Assembly: GCA_028280845.1 (NCBI GenBank)
Contig: JANQKZ010000041.1
Location: 8,549 to 72,548 of the forward strand
DNA: 64,000 nt
Source: Opitutales bacterium
Lineage (GTDB): Bacteria > Verrucomicrobiota > Verrucomicrobiia > Opitutales > JABSRG01
Reading direction: 5' to 3'
The position numbers were made by a program, and so were the translations under genes. A model generated the notes under the pieces. It saw only the letters and a list, made by a program, of their open reading frames with translations. It ran no database searches and was not told the origin of the DNA. Below are positions 20,703 to 30,655 of the stretch, in pieces; positions within the stretch are counted from its first letter, which is position 1, and each line of letters begins with the position of its first letter.

Positions 20703-21356
20703 TCACCCGGGGATCTCGCTGACCTCTTCCTCGTAAATGATATCCATTAACTCGTGAGGTTCATTGGCCAGGTACGTCGGATTGAAACACTTCAAAGCCT
20801 CGGCGTTATTATACCCCCAGGTGCAGGCAACGACCGGAACATTCGCCCGGTTTGATGCCTTTACATCTCGAGTCTCATCGCCGATGTAAAGGGTTTCGTG
20901 AGGGAGCAAAGAGAAGGTCTTCAGAATCGCTCGCAGGTGTTTATGCTTCCCCGTGAGCTTGCGCACCGAGCTGACAAACTCGAAGACATCCAAGCCATGG
21001 GCTTGCAGAAAGATATCTACGTTTTCAGCCGTATTGGAGGTAAGGATCCCCATACGCCAACCGTCATCTTTCAGGCGGAACAGGGTTTGATCCATCCCCG
21101 GAATGACCTGAACATTTTTGATGTTCGCCCGCAGCATGCGCTTCCCCTTGGACAAGATACGGGGCACCTTTCGCTTCGGTATCTCTAAAAAGCGGATGAA
21201 CTCAGCCAATGTCATCCCCTTGGCTTTCTCCAGGTCCTCCTTTTTCAAGGAATGGAATTTGTAATATGCTGCCAACTCATTCAACACTTTGCGGCCCTCT
21301 TCCAGGGTGTCCGCAATGGTGCCATCGAAGTCAAAAATGAGAAGTTTACGAGCCAT
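20703..21356 (-). CDS. HAD-superfamily hydrolase (phosphoglycolate-phosphatase-like)
   Basis: Motif I FDFDGTIADT, motif II TSN, motif IV GDETRD. The start is set at ATG 21356 (MARKLLIFDFDG), which places motif I at the usual distance from the N-terminus. The track ORF start at 21416 is an extension. Confidence 0.8.
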   Translation of the reverse strand: MARKLLIFDFDGTIADTLEEGRKVLNELAAYYKFHSLKKEDLEKAKGMTLAEFIRFLEIPKRKVPRILSKGKRMLRANIKNVQVIPGMDQTLFRLKDDGWRMGILTSNTAENVDIFLQAHGLDVFEFVSSVRKLTGKHKHLRAILKTFSLLPHETLYIGDETRDVKASNRANVPVVACTWGYNNAEALKCFNPTYLANEPHELMDIIYEEEVSEIPG

Positions 21357-21421
21357 AGGGATAAAAGAATCGTGCGACCTTATCGCGAAAGCCTCAGCTA
21401 GGCAAATAGAATGCACCCGGC

Positions 21422-21964
21422 CTATTCTGCCTCGGAAAACTCAATCAGGGAATGCACCTGGCATCCGGGCTCCATTTTCAATCTTGCACTGCCTCCCAAT
21501 TCAGGAAGATCAATCACCGCTGAGAGGATGATATCGTCGACTCCCAGACGTCGAAAGAGTCGGCAGGCCGCCTGCAAGGTTCCCCCCGTAGCAATCAGAT
21601 CATCGATGAGCAGTAAACACCCCGGGGACTTTACTGTGTCCTGATGCACCTCGATCGTGGCTTCTCCATACTCTAAGGTATAGGACTCTTCGATCGTTTT
21701 ATAGGGAAGTTTTCCTTTTTTTCGAACGAGGGCAAGGGGCAAGCCGGTGACATAGGCCACCGCTCCACCTAAGATAAAACCACGGGCATCCACTCCGGCG
21801 ATAAGGGTACAGTCATGGTTTCGGGCCTGATCTACCATATGGTCAATGATGGTTTTGAAGCAGGCTGGAGTTTCAAAAAGCGGGGTTACATCGCGGAAAT
21901 TGACCCCGGATTCAGGCCAATCGCGAACGGTTCTAACGTGAGATTTCAGTTCAGATAAATGCAT
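21422..21964 (-). CDS. apt: adenine phosphoribosyltransferase
   Basis: 180-aa ORF with FRDVTPL, a GVDARGFILG flexible loop and the PRPP motif LLIDDLIATGGT. Confidence 0.9.
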   Translation of the reverse strand: MHLSELKSHVRTVRDWPESGVNFRDVTPLFETPACFKTIIDHMVDQARNHDCTLIAGVDARGFILGGAVAYVTGLPLALVRKKGKLPYKTIEESYTLEYGEATIEVHQDTVKSPGCLLLIDDLIATGGTLQAACRLFRRLGVDDIILSAVIDLPELGGSARLKMEPGCQVHSLIEFSEAE

Positions 21965-22069
21965 AGGAGGAGAGAAAACGCTTCCTCATTGAAACGTTAG
22001 CCGCCAAGCTCGCGATGAAAAAGTGAAATGTCCTTTGTCAAATCCATCATTTTCTTTCAGGTTAACTAA

Positions 22070-22846
22070 GTGTCCGCATCCATTCTTATTGTAAAAACCG
22101 GCACGGCCCTCCCGGCTATGCTCGACCAAATGGGGGACTTCCACCACTGGTTCCAAACGGCACTTGAATCGTTTCCCCGCCCGCTGGACTACGAGATGGT
22201 GGAAGCCTTCAATTATGAGCCCCTGCCAAACCCAGAAGAGGTGGACGGGATTATCATCACCGGATCTCCCGTTATGTTGACCGACCACGAACCCTGGATG
22301 GAACACCTTGCCCAATGGACCCGCGAGGCCGTCGCCGCCGAGATCCCACTCCTTGGGGTATGCTTCGGGCACCAGGTGTTGGGCTATGCCATGGGTGGAA
22401 GAGTCACGGATAATCCAAACGGTCGTGAGGTGGGAACAGTAACCGTCCATTTTCTCCCCGAAGCCAGCGCGGATCCCCTCTTCTCAGCCCTGCCCGTCAG
22501 GTTTGACGTCCAGGCCACGCATGTGCAGTCCGTCGTCACCCTCCCCCCCAAAGCGACCCGCATCGGCTACAATGGCATGGATGATCATCATGCTTTTGCC
22601 GTGGGCAAGGTGGCCTGGGGGGTGCAATTCCACCCGGAGTTTACCGCGGACAGCCTGAAGTATTACATTCGCGAACGCGCCCGGATTTTGGAGGAAGAAG
22701 GTTTCGATCCCATTCAATTGGAGGAGGATACCGTCGACACCCCACACGGGAGGGTCCTTCTGGAACGATTTGCAACCATCGTCTATCAGCGGACACTGTC
22801 CGGCAGCGCAAATACGGATGTTTCCCTCTCAACTCAGCGGTCCTGA
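22070..22846 (+). CDS. type 1 (class I) glutamine amidotransferase
   Basis: Nucleophile elbow GVCFGHQ and the His/Glu pair in VQFHPEF. GTG start as in the track. Confidence 0.75.
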   Translation: MSASILIVKTGTALPAMLDQMGDFHHWFQTALESFPRPLDYEMVEAFNYEPLPNPEEVDGIIITGSPVMLTDHEPWMEHLAQWTREAVAAEIPLLGVCFGHQVLGYAMGGRVTDNPNGREVGTVTVHFLPEASADPLFSALPVRFDVQATHVQSVVTLPPKATRIGYNGMDDHHAFAVGKVAWGVQFHPEFTADSLKYYIRERARILEEEGFDPIQLEEDTVDTPHGRVLLERFATIVYQRTLSGSANTDVSLSTQRS

Positions 22847-22977
22847 ACGAAGCATCGTCAGTCGTAGGGCCCCCCACTTGCAGGGTGGCCGAGTTGCAAG
22901 CAACAGGCCCGACCTCAAGAAGCGGTTTTATTTCTGAATCCAACTTCGCTGATAACGCACGAGTTTGGCAGAACACG

Positions 22978-23691
22978 CTAACTGCCCGGGTAATATAGCC
23001 GGTGGAGACGTTCAGGCCTCACCCCGCAGTAGAAACTGGTAACAATAAAGACGTTGAGGAGCTGCTGACGCACCGGTCCCCGCTTGATAAATCGACGGGC
23101 GGAAGTGACCACCGGATCCTTTATCTTTTTCCAACTCCCCAAACGGCGCATCCGACTCTGAAACTCCACATCCTCGCAGATCGGATAATCACGATATCCA
23201 CCAACCGAATCGAATAAACACTTCCTGAGAAAAAACGCCTGATCTCCATAGGTGGCCAGGGGAAGATTCCAACCACTCATCCACCCATAAAGCCTCAGGA
23301 TCGGTGAGGTGGGTTCAAACCTCAGTTGAAAGGATCCGGCGACATTCGACCGGTCCTCGAGACCCTGTTCGATATGGTGAAATGCTGCTTTAGGGAGACG
23401 GGTATCCGCGTGAAGAAATATCAGATATTCGCCCATGGCCTCCCGGGCTCCTACATTCATTTGAACCGCACGCCCGGGTTTGGATTGCAGCCACTTTGCT
23501 TTCGGAAACCGCAAGACCCGGCTTCGGGTCAGGTCCTCGCTCCCACCATCCACCACGATGATCTCTAGATCCGCTCCCAACTGGTCTAAGGCCTCCAGGC
23601 AATCAGTAATATGGTCCTCCTCATTTAAAGTAGGGATGATCACGCTGAATTGAGGGCTCGCCTGATCCCTGTTGGATCGTGGGGCTATCAT
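22978..23691 (-). CDS. family 2 glycosyltransferase
   Basis: FSVIIPTLNEE, VVDGGSED and HADT motifs of GT-A/GT2 enzymes. The 237-aa size fits the small TIGR04283-like GT2 group (from memory). Confidence 0.75.
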   Translation of the reverse strand: MIAPRSNRDQASPQFSVIIPTLNEEDHITDCLEALDQLGADLEIIVVDGGSEDLTRSRVLRFPKAKWLQSKPGRAVQMNVGAREAMGEYLIFLHADTRLPKAAFHHIEQGLEDRSNVAGSFQLRFEPTSPILRLYGWMSGWNLPLATYGDQAFFLRKCLFDSVGGYRDYPICEDVEFQSRMRRLGSWKKIKDPVVTSARRFIKRGPVRQQLLNVFIVTSFYCGVRPERLHRLYYPGS

Positions 23692-24320
23692 GTGGTCGGC
23701 ACCTTGGTTTGCATGTGGTTTCGCAGCGATATCAACACCTCAGGTAAATTCTTTTTCAAAACGCGCCGAACCAGCCACTGAGGAACAAAAAAGCCGGGAT
23801 CGAGATATACGGAATAGACAATAAAGGTCCCTTTGGAAGCGGCATCCGGAACAAGTAGCCAACGTCCCTCCATCGCTTTTAAATCCCCCGATATCCGGCT
23901 GAATCGCATCGAGTGATAAGGCTCGTACCAGGTCCTGAAAATGTACTCGGCATCCGGAAAAATGACACTGTAATCCACCTTATGCCGGCGGGTATCTAGA
24001 TCTTCTCCGGTTTCCAAAACCTCACATTCCTCAAGTCCCGGAACAAAATATAGGGCCTCCTCGCAACTCACCATGACCTCCCATATGGATCTGGCTTCAT
24101 TCGGTAGCCAAATCGAAGCCCAGATATTACCCTGGTGCTCCCCCGCTAGCGATTCCGTCGTGACAAACACCTCCCCCGCTCGCAGAGATTCCAACTCAGG
24201 TTTTAATAGCGGGGGTAATGCCGCTTCTCCCCAAACCGGGTGACTCCAGAGAATCCATAAGAGAAGCAGAGCTGGTTTTCTTTTCATTTCCACGGAATTT
24301 TTGACGAAATCAGTTATCAT
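23688..24320 (-). CDS. secreted SRPBCC/START-like fold protein (tentative)
   Basis: 210-aa ORF with a signal-like N-terminus (PALLLLWILWSHPVWGEA). Size and beta-rich pattern suggest a cyclase/dehydrase-like fold. Its stop overlaps the GT2 start by 4 nt (23688..23691). Confidence 0.35.
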   Translation of the reverse strand: MITDFVKNSVEMKRKPALLLLWILWSHPVWGEAALPPLLKPELESLRAGEVFVTTESLAGEHQGNIWASIWLPNEARSIWEVMVSCEEALYFVPGLEECEVLETGEDLDTRRHKVDYSVIFPDAEYIFRTWYEPYHSMRFSRISGDLKAMEGRWLLVPDAASKGTFIVYSVYLDPGFFVPQWLVRRVLKKNLPEVLISLRNHMQTKVPTT

Positions 24321-24366
24321 AAGGGATACCAGCCTATTATTTTTATTCCCGTATAATGCTAACTAA

Positions 24367-24981
24367 GTGAGATCAGTCTTTAAACGCTTTCTTTACTCCG
24401 CGTGGCTGTGGGACGCCGATAGGAAGGTGAACAAACTCTCCCCTCACCTGGATCCCGGTTGGTCTTGCCTCGAAATCGGGATGGGGCCCGGATCCCTGTC
24501 AGAGAAATTACAAGCTCAGCCAGTCCGCGTAACCGGGCTGGATTTAGATGACAAGCGGTGGTTTCCTCAGCGGGTTTCCGCCCCAGTTATTGGGGATGGA
24601 GCCAGGCTCCCCTACCACGATCAGTGCTTTGATCTCAGTCTCCTCTTCACTGTGCTGCACCATTGCCCGGATCCGCTGCAGGTCCTGGCCGAAGCATACC
24701 GGGTATCCGCTTATGTCGCCATTATAGAAGATATCCTGCCTCAATCTCCACTGCTCCAGAGGGCTCTCTACGCCGCTGACAGCTTAGCCAACTGGCAATT
24801 CAAGGGACACCCGCATTCCAATCGGAATCACGAGTCCTGGGAGGCAGCTTTCCACGCGACTGGACTCCGGATCCTCCACACCGAAGCCTGGTGGCTGGGC
24901 CCTTTCCAACAACGCTTTTACTTTCTAGGAAAGTATGGTGTCAATCCGGGCGATCAGGTCCTCAATGGAGGCGTCTTTTGA
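24367..24981 (+). CDS. class I SAM-dependent methyltransferase
   Basis: Motif I CLEIGMGPGSLS and a post-I acidic residue (GLDLD). GTG start. The 3' end overlaps the convergent response-regulator gene. Confidence 0.6.
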   Translation: MRSVFKRFLYSAWLWDADRKVNKLSPHLDPGWSCLEIGMGPGSLSEKLQAQPVRVTGLDLDDKRWFPQRVSAPVIGDGARLPYHDQCFDLSLLFTVLHHCPDPLQVLAEAYRVSAYVAIIEDILPQSPLLQRALYAADSLANWQFKGHPHSNRNHESWEAAFHATGLRILHTEAWWLGPFQQRFYFLGKYGVNPGDQVLNGGVF

Positions 24982-25302
24982 AATCATCATCTTTCCCCCC
25001 ACGATACCGCCACGCTCATTCACCAAATCTTTGGTGAGGAAGGAAGTAATAAAAAGAAACGGTACCTCCTTTTGCTGATCGAGGGATTGAATGGCGTTAA
25101 AAACATCTCCGCCATCCATATCCGGCATATCGATATCGCAAAGAATCAAATCGGGTTTAAAACTGGCCGCCAGTATCTCGGCATCCCGGCCATCATTTGT
25201 CGTTCGTACCTCAAACCGACCCAACTCACCCAATTTGATTTCGAGAAAGTCTGTGACTGTCGTGTCATCGTCAACGACGAGAATTTTAGTAGGATTCGAC
25301 AT
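24925..25302 (-). CDS. single-domain response regulator (CheY-like receiver)
   Basis: 125 aa. ILVVDDD acidic pocket, phospho-acceptor context LILCDIDMPDMDG, conserved T and K positions. Confidence 0.85.
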   Translation of the reverse strand: MSNPTKILVVDDDTTVTDFLEIKLGELGRFEVRTTNDGRDAEILAASFKPDLILCDIDMPDMDGGDVFNAIQSLDQQKEVPFLFITSFLTKDLVNERGGIVGGKMMISKDASIEDLIARIDTILS

Positions 25303-25316
25303 GTGTAGTAATTAAA

Positions 25317-27197
25317 TCAAGAATTCGGCTCAATAAAGGTGACCTGGGACCCTTTAATGATGCGGTTCAATTGCTGTAGTCCACTAAAAAGCGTGGTTTC
25401 TGCAATCAAATTTGCTCCTTTTTCCAGGCGTCCTGCGATTTCCCCCGCCTGGTAATAACCATACATTTTTAAGCTCCCTTTGAGGCGGTGGGTCAATTCT
25501 CTGACACGCTCCCGGTCTCCCTCTTTGAGGGCCATTTCGATTTCTGTGATTGTCTTTAGCCAGGTTTCCCGGGTTCGCGGAAGGATCTCTTCCAGATCTT
25601 TGGTCACTGCGATAGGGTCCGGAGAAGGAGAAAGCAGCCCACCGGTTAGCAGTCGATTTACCCGATTTAGAAAATCCTTCCCTTTTATCGGCTTAGAAAG
25701 GATGGCATCATAACCGGATTCCAGACTCTGTTGAATGACATCATCGTCTACCGAGGCGGATAATCCCAAAATATAGGCGGGCTCTTTATCCGGTCGGTGA
25801 CTCCGTTCCCACGCCCGCATTTTCTCTGCAGCCTCGTGCCCATTGCTCAGTGGCATGTTTATATCCATCACTACCAGGGGCCAGTCTGCTTCCTGAAACC
25901 GCTCAAAGGCACTGATCCCGTTATTGGCGTGACCCACTTGCTTCACAAAATTGGGCAAGTGTTTACTTAGATAAAGTCGGGTACCCTCGTCGTCATCTAC
26001 CAATAAAACCGAGTCGAATTCGACCTCCTCTCCATTAGCAGGGTCGCCCTCACTTAGGTTCCGAACACCGAGGGAAGCATTCAAATGGAGCTTGCTCAGC
26101 CGTTCAGCGATCGGGAGAACCACTAAAACCGTGGTGAAATCAGGTTCGCCTGTGTCCAGATGGATATCCCCTCCCTGAGTTTTTGCCATCAGGAGCGCCG
26201 AATAAGTCCCCAAACCTGTGCCGTGCTGTTTTCCCACGGTTGAATATTTTTCAAAGAAACGCTCCCGGATGATACCGGGAACCTCCCCCTCATTTCTTAA
26301 GCTCACCTGGATTTGGCTACCCACTCTTACCTCAATGAGGACAAGTCCGCCGGGAGGTGAGGCTTCAATCGCATTTTTCAATAAATTCGAAAACAGGCTG
26401 TAGCAGAGAAATTCGTCGCCCAGGGCCAGGCAATTCACCTCTCCATTCTGACATCCCTCACATGCTTTAATCTCCAACTGAATGCCTAAGGGGTTTGCCA
26501 GAGCCTGGTATTCCTTCATCAGGCGAATGAGGAGCTCGTTGAGATCTACCGGCTTGGGGTTAAAGCGATAACTCCCCCGCTCCATTTTCATTAAGTCAAA
26601 CGAAGCATTGACCATGTCCAGCATACGAAAACTGCTGTCGAGCAGGATTTGGGCATACTCGAGGTGCTCTCCCTCCAGTCCAGCCTTCTGATGAAGGATC
26701 TCCGCAAAACCGATAATGGTAGTTAGCGGCCCTTTCAAATCATGGCGCATGATACGATCTACATCCTCCTGTAACTGAGCCGCCTTAACCAATTGCTGGT
26801 TCTGCTCCTTCAACTGCCGTTGCACGGACCTCAATTCCAGGTGGGTGTGAATTCGGGCAAGCACCTCCTCCGCCTGGAAGGGCTTGGAAATATAATCCAC
26901 CGCACCGGCCTCAAACCCCCTTACCTTGTCCTGAACCCGATCCAGGGCACTCAGAAAAAGGATGGGGACTTCTTGAGTTTCACTGTGCGACTTTAATGCC
27001 CGGCAAACTCCATAGCCATCCAACCCTGGCATCATGATATCCAGCAGAATAAGATCGGGGACCTGCTTGCGGGCGGCGCGCACTGCAATTTCACCACTCA
27101 ATGCCGGACGGACCGTAAAGCCCTCCCCCTTCAACAAATCCCGCAATACGGTAATGTTCTCCGGCTTATCATCGACTACAAGTATGTTCGCTCCCAT
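25317..27197 (-). CDS. hybrid phosphorelay protein: receiver - histidine kinase - receiver - HPt
   Basis: N-terminal REC (ILVVDDKPEN...LILLDIMMPGLDG). Coiled-coil linker. H-box MRHDLKGPL. HATPase motifs (NLLKNAIEAS, GTGLGTYSA). Second REC (LLVDDDEG..VVMDINMP). C-terminal HPt (THRLKGSLKMYG). Confidence 0.85.
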   Translation of the reverse strand: MGANILVVDDKPENITVLRDLLKGEGFTVRPALSGEIAVRAARKQVPDLILLDIMMPGLDGYGVCRALKSHSETQEVPILFLSALDRVQDKVRGFEAGAVDYISKPFQAEEVLARIHTHLELRSVQRQLKEQNQQLVKAAQLQEDVDRIMRHDLKGPLTTIIGFAEILHQKAGLEGEHLEYAQILLDSSFRMLDMVNASFDLMKMERGSYRFNPKPVDLNELLIRLMKEYQALANPLGIQLEIKACEGCQNGEVNCLALGDEFLCYSLFSNLLKNAIEASPPGGLVLIEVRVGSQIQVSLRNEGEVPGIIRERFFEKYSTVGKQHGTGLGTYSALLMAKTQGGDIHLDTGEPDFTTVLVVLPIAERLSKLHLNASLGVRNLSEGDPANGEEVEFDSVLLVDDDEGTRLYLSKHLPNFVKQVGHANNGISAFERFQEADWPLVVMDINMPLSNGHEAAEKMRAWERSHRPDKEPAYILGLSASVDDDVIQQSLESGYDAILSKPIKGKDFLNRVNRLLTGGLLSPSPDPIAVTKDLEEILPRTRETWLKTITEIEMALKEGDRERVRELTHRLKGSLKMYGYYQAGEIAGRLEKGANLIAETTLFSGLQQLNRIIKGSQVTFIEPNS

Positions 27198-27215
27198 CGC
27201 TAAATCAATTGTCGG

Positions 27216-29378
27216 TCATTCGGTTTCAGCTTGTTCAATCAATGCAGGCAATAAATCTATGCGATAGCCTTCCAGCAAATCCGCCAGGTAACTCATAAAT
27301 TCCTCTGAAAGATCAATTTCCGTAGTTTCCATCCAACTTAAAACCGCGTCCATATCCGCCGCTTCGCTCGCCTGAAACAGGGCTTTTAGCCGTTCCTGCG
27401 GTAAGGATCGTAATTCCGTCACAAAACCCTCCTGCCCATATACCGGTTCTCCCAAATCTGCCGACTCGTCGGCAGGTGCCTCCGCTTCCCGGGCAAAAAC
27501 GACATCCAGATTGCGTTCCAGGGCCTCGAATATCTCAATTTCTTTAAAGGGCTTGGCGACAAAGTCATCACACCCCGCCGCATAGACCCCTTCTCGCTTT
27601 GCCATAAGGTTACTCGCCGTAATGGCTACGATACGGACGCGAATCTGTTGCGCTTCGGCCAGTTTCCGAATCTGCCGAGTGGCCTCATAGCCATCCATCA
27701 CGGGCATTCGCATATCCATCCAAATCAAGTCCGGTTGCTCCCTCTCCCAAACCTGGATAGCTTCCTTCCCGTTTTCAGCTTCGGTCACCTCAAAATCAAA
27801 ATCGCGCAGGAGCTGGGTTAACACATGGCGATTGGTTGCAACGTCATCCACCACCAATAGCTTGTATCTCTTTTTTCTCGAGGCTACCCCAACCACACGT
27901 GACCGCTTCCGGTTGGTTTCGCTGGCGGTTCCTTTCGCCACCTGCATGGCAATTTCGATGAAGAACGTCGACCCCTTGCCCACCTTCGTTCCCACATCGA
28001 TCTGGCCCCCTAACAAGAGCACCAACCGCTCACTCAGGGCCAGACCCAGGCCGGTTCCCTCCCGGGCCGCCTTTCCCGATGTGGTTTGAGTAAAAGTGCT
28101 GAATAAATCCCCAATTTCTTCGTCGGCAATACCAGGTCCTGTGTCTTCCACCTCAAAGAGAATCACAACGGTCTCACCGACCTTGGGCTCCCCTCCCTTT
28201 GTATCGGATTTGAGTCGGGCGCGAAGGGTAACGTGCCCCCGTTCCGTGAACTTGATGGCGTTCCCCAGTAAATTAATCAGGATTTGCCGAACTTTCAGGC
28301 CATCGGTAAAAACAAAGTGCGGTAGCGTATTCTCGACCTCTAATCTTAATTCCAATCCCCGCTTCGCTGCCCTCAGCGAAAACATCTCCCGAAGATCGGT
28401 CAACATCTGACGAAGGTCAAAAACACTCGATTCGACCGACAAACGCCCAGCTTCAATTTTCGACATGTCCAGGATTTGATTGATCAGGTCGAGCAAATGT
28501 TCGCCGCTTCGATTGATCGCTCCCAGGTGATCGCGATCTACCTCAGACAGCGTTTTGCTCCGCGTCATCAGCTGGGAAAACCCTAAAATCGCATTTAGGG
28601 GCGTTCGCAGTTCATGGCTCATATTCGCCAGGAACTCGGTCTTCGCCTGACCCATTGCTTCCGCTCGCCGACGAGCTACTTCCATCTGCTTTGCCCGGTC
28701 AGCTAACAGTGCCGCGTTCTCCACCGTTTCCCAATACAGATTATAGCCTTGGGTTCCAAACACCCTCAAATAAAGGATTAAAATAAGGAACAGAATGCCC
28801 ATCGTGATGGAGGTCGAGTCCTGCAAGAGGATCAGGGCCGTCGCCACCGGGATAATGGAAGTCAGGGTAAAAGACCGGTAGAGATAAACATGAGTCTGCA
28901 ACGTACTGCGCGCCGCGGCGGCGAAAGTGCCGGTAGTGGTGGAAAAGAGAAAGGTCGCCCAGGATAATTCTGTGAGATATATCGCAAACGACCCCCCCAC
29001 CGAAAAGCTTACCGCCAGGCCGAGGATAGTGAGCCGAGTCGCCCGATACCACCGCTCAGGATCTGGAAAAAACAACTTATCGAATCGCACCGCCAGGTAG
29101 GTGCGCACGGTTCCAAAAGCTATCAGCAAAAGGGTGACGACAATGGAAAGCGCCGGAAGATCTCGAAATAAACCTGAACTCCAACAAGCGGGCACCCAAA
29201 CGATCAGATAGGTGAAATTACCCTGCATCCCATTTTTCGCCAGGTCTCGGCAGGCCGTCGGATGAAGATATCGTTCCGACAATGGAATTTTGTATTCCGA
29301 TGGATCAAAAGATGAGCGCTGGGCGCCATCTTTTTCGAGGTTTAGCTCCGAGACATTGTAAACCATTAGACCAGCCAA
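27216..29378 (-). CDS. membrane hybrid sensor histidine kinase (multi-TM sensor - HisKA - HATPase - receiver)
   Basis: About 6 hydrophobic segments in the first 230 aa. H-box MSHELRTPLNAILGF. N/G boxes (NLLGNAIKFT, DTGPGI, GTGLGLAL). REC (LLVVDDVATN...IWMDMRMPVMDG). The ~100-aa C-terminal tail has no recognisable HPt histidine motif. Confidence 0.85.
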   Translation of the reverse strand: MAGLMVYNVSELNLEKDGAQRSSFDPSEYKIPLSERYLHPTACRDLAKNGMQGNFTYLIVWVPACWSSGLFRDLPALSIVVTLLLIAFGTVRTYLAVRFDKLFFPDPERWYRATRLTILGLAVSFSVGGSFAIYLTELSWATFLFSTTTGTFAAAARSTLQTHVYLYRSFTLTSIIPVATALILLQDSTSITMGILFLILILYLRVFGTQGYNLYWETVENAALLADRAKQMEVARRRAEAMGQAKTEFLANMSHELRTPLNAILGFSQLMTRSKTLSEVDRDHLGAINRSGEHLLDLINQILDMSKIEAGRLSVESSVFDLRQMLTDLREMFSLRAAKRGLELRLEVENTLPHFVFTDGLKVRQILINLLGNAIKFTERGHVTLRARLKSDTKGGEPKVGETVVILFEVEDTGPGIADEEIGDLFSTFTQTTSGKAAREGTGLGLALSERLVLLLGGQIDVGTKVGKGSTFFIEIAMQVAKGTASETNRKRSRVVGVASRKKRYKLLVVDDVATNRHVLTQLLRDFDFEVTEAENGKEAIQVWEREQPDLIWMDMRMPVMDGYEATRQIRKLAEAQQIRVRIVAITASNLMAKREGVYAAGCDDFVAKPFKEIEIFEALERNLDVVFAREAEAPADESADLGEPVYGQEGFVTELRSLPQERLKALFQASEAADMDAVLSWMETTEIDLSEEFMSYLADLLEGYRIDLLPALIEQAETE

Positions 29379-29506
29379 TAAAAGGATTCAGCCGGAAAAA
29401 GAAAGGAATAAAACACGGGGCTCTCGCCCCTGTCAGGCGAGAGGACTGTCAGGGCCGGACGGGTTGAAGGGCCCAATCAGGCTCAAATATTGAAACCGGG
29501 CTGGAA

Positions 29507-30466
29507 TCAGGCCTTCCGGGGCATGTGTACCACCGTGATCAGGTCCTCCTCCGGCACCAATTCCGGGTCGTTCTCGTAAATTTCAAACGGGCTCGGCTGC
29601 TTCGATTTGCTAAACAGCTTGGCTCTCTGGTGCATCATACCCGCTGACCAGGCATTCCCCAGGTGTCGGTAAGGCCCCTGGTGTCGTATGGAATAAACGG
29701 GTACATCGGGCAGGGTTTCTCCAATAAAACCAGAAGGCAGATCGCTCGGGATCGAGTCGACCGCAAAACCCGAAATATAGGTGCAAGTCCCTTTGCCGAT
29801 ATCCCACTTCGGATAAAAGGACACCGCAGGGCCCGCCCGTGGGATCCCGTGCTCCTTCATCCAATTGTCCACCGCTTTGAGATCGCTAGACATCGATTCT
29901 CCGATCTCCGCCATAGAGGCGGTCGTCCGGATTCCCACGTAAGAAAACCCTTTCACCTCACCCTTCCCCACAAACTTGAGATGCGTCCCCCGGTCTCCGG
30001 TCTCAACCAGGTCTTTTAACTGGTTCAGCCCCCGATCATAGTCCATACCCACCCAATTCGCCATCATCTTGGCCATGAAGAACATAAACCAGGGAAGATT
30101 ACCGACCATGGTCCACCGCACCTTCACTCCACCTTCAACCTCCGTGAGCTCAAAGGCGGTGGTATTTTCCGTCTCGAATGGTTTGAAAAACAGTAACTTC
30201 ATATCCAACCGGTGTGGAGCAGCTTCCCCCACAATTTCGATCCGGCCACTACCGATGATCTCCCCATCCCAGTCATAACTCCTTCCGTCTTCCGCATAGG
30301 TGAGCTTGCAATCCGGTTCCGCAATAACCCAGGGCGACCAATTCACCCACTGGGTTAAATCTCTCAAGGTGCCATAGACTTGCTCGGGAGATGCTTTTAT
30401 TTCAATTGACCGATCAACAGGAAACTGGGGCATAAGGGGGGACCTTTCCATTAGAACATTCACCAT
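29507..30466 (-). CDS. SRPBCC domain + GyrI-like small-molecule-binding domain protein
   Basis: The N-terminal half has the polyketide-cyclase/SRPBCC pattern (IEIKASPEQVYGTLRDLTQWVNWSPW). The C-terminal half has the GyrI-like pattern (RHQGPYRHLGNAWS....FEIYENDPELVPEEDLITVVHMP). Confidence 0.65.
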   Translation of the reverse strand: MVNVLMERSPLMPQFPVDRSIEIKASPEQVYGTLRDLTQWVNWSPWVIAEPDCKLTYAEDGRSYDWDGEIIGSGRIEIVGEAAPHRLDMKLLFFKPFETENTTAFELTEVEGGVKVRWTMVGNLPWFMFFMAKMMANWVGMDYDRGLNQLKDLVETGDRGTHLKFVGKGEVKGFSYVGIRTTASMAEIGESMSSDLKAVDNWMKEHGIPRAGPAVSFYPKWDIGKGTCTYISGFAVDSIPSDLPSGFIGETLPDVPVYSIRHQGPYRHLGNAWSAGMMHQRAKLFSKSKQPSPFEIYENDPELVPEEDLITVVHMPRKA

Positions 30467-30655
30467 ATATTCAGAACGCTCGAGGGGTTAAACGAGAGCG
30501 GGAATCTACCATTCCCCAGGCCCAAATACCAGATTTTCCTCACAAAGATGTTAATCTGAACTTGGTGAGGAAGCCCCGCCACCGAAATCCGGATCCATAG
30601 CTCGCAACCCAGACCCGGCACCCTGCCACCCCAGCGTTCATTCCTCGCTCAGCTC

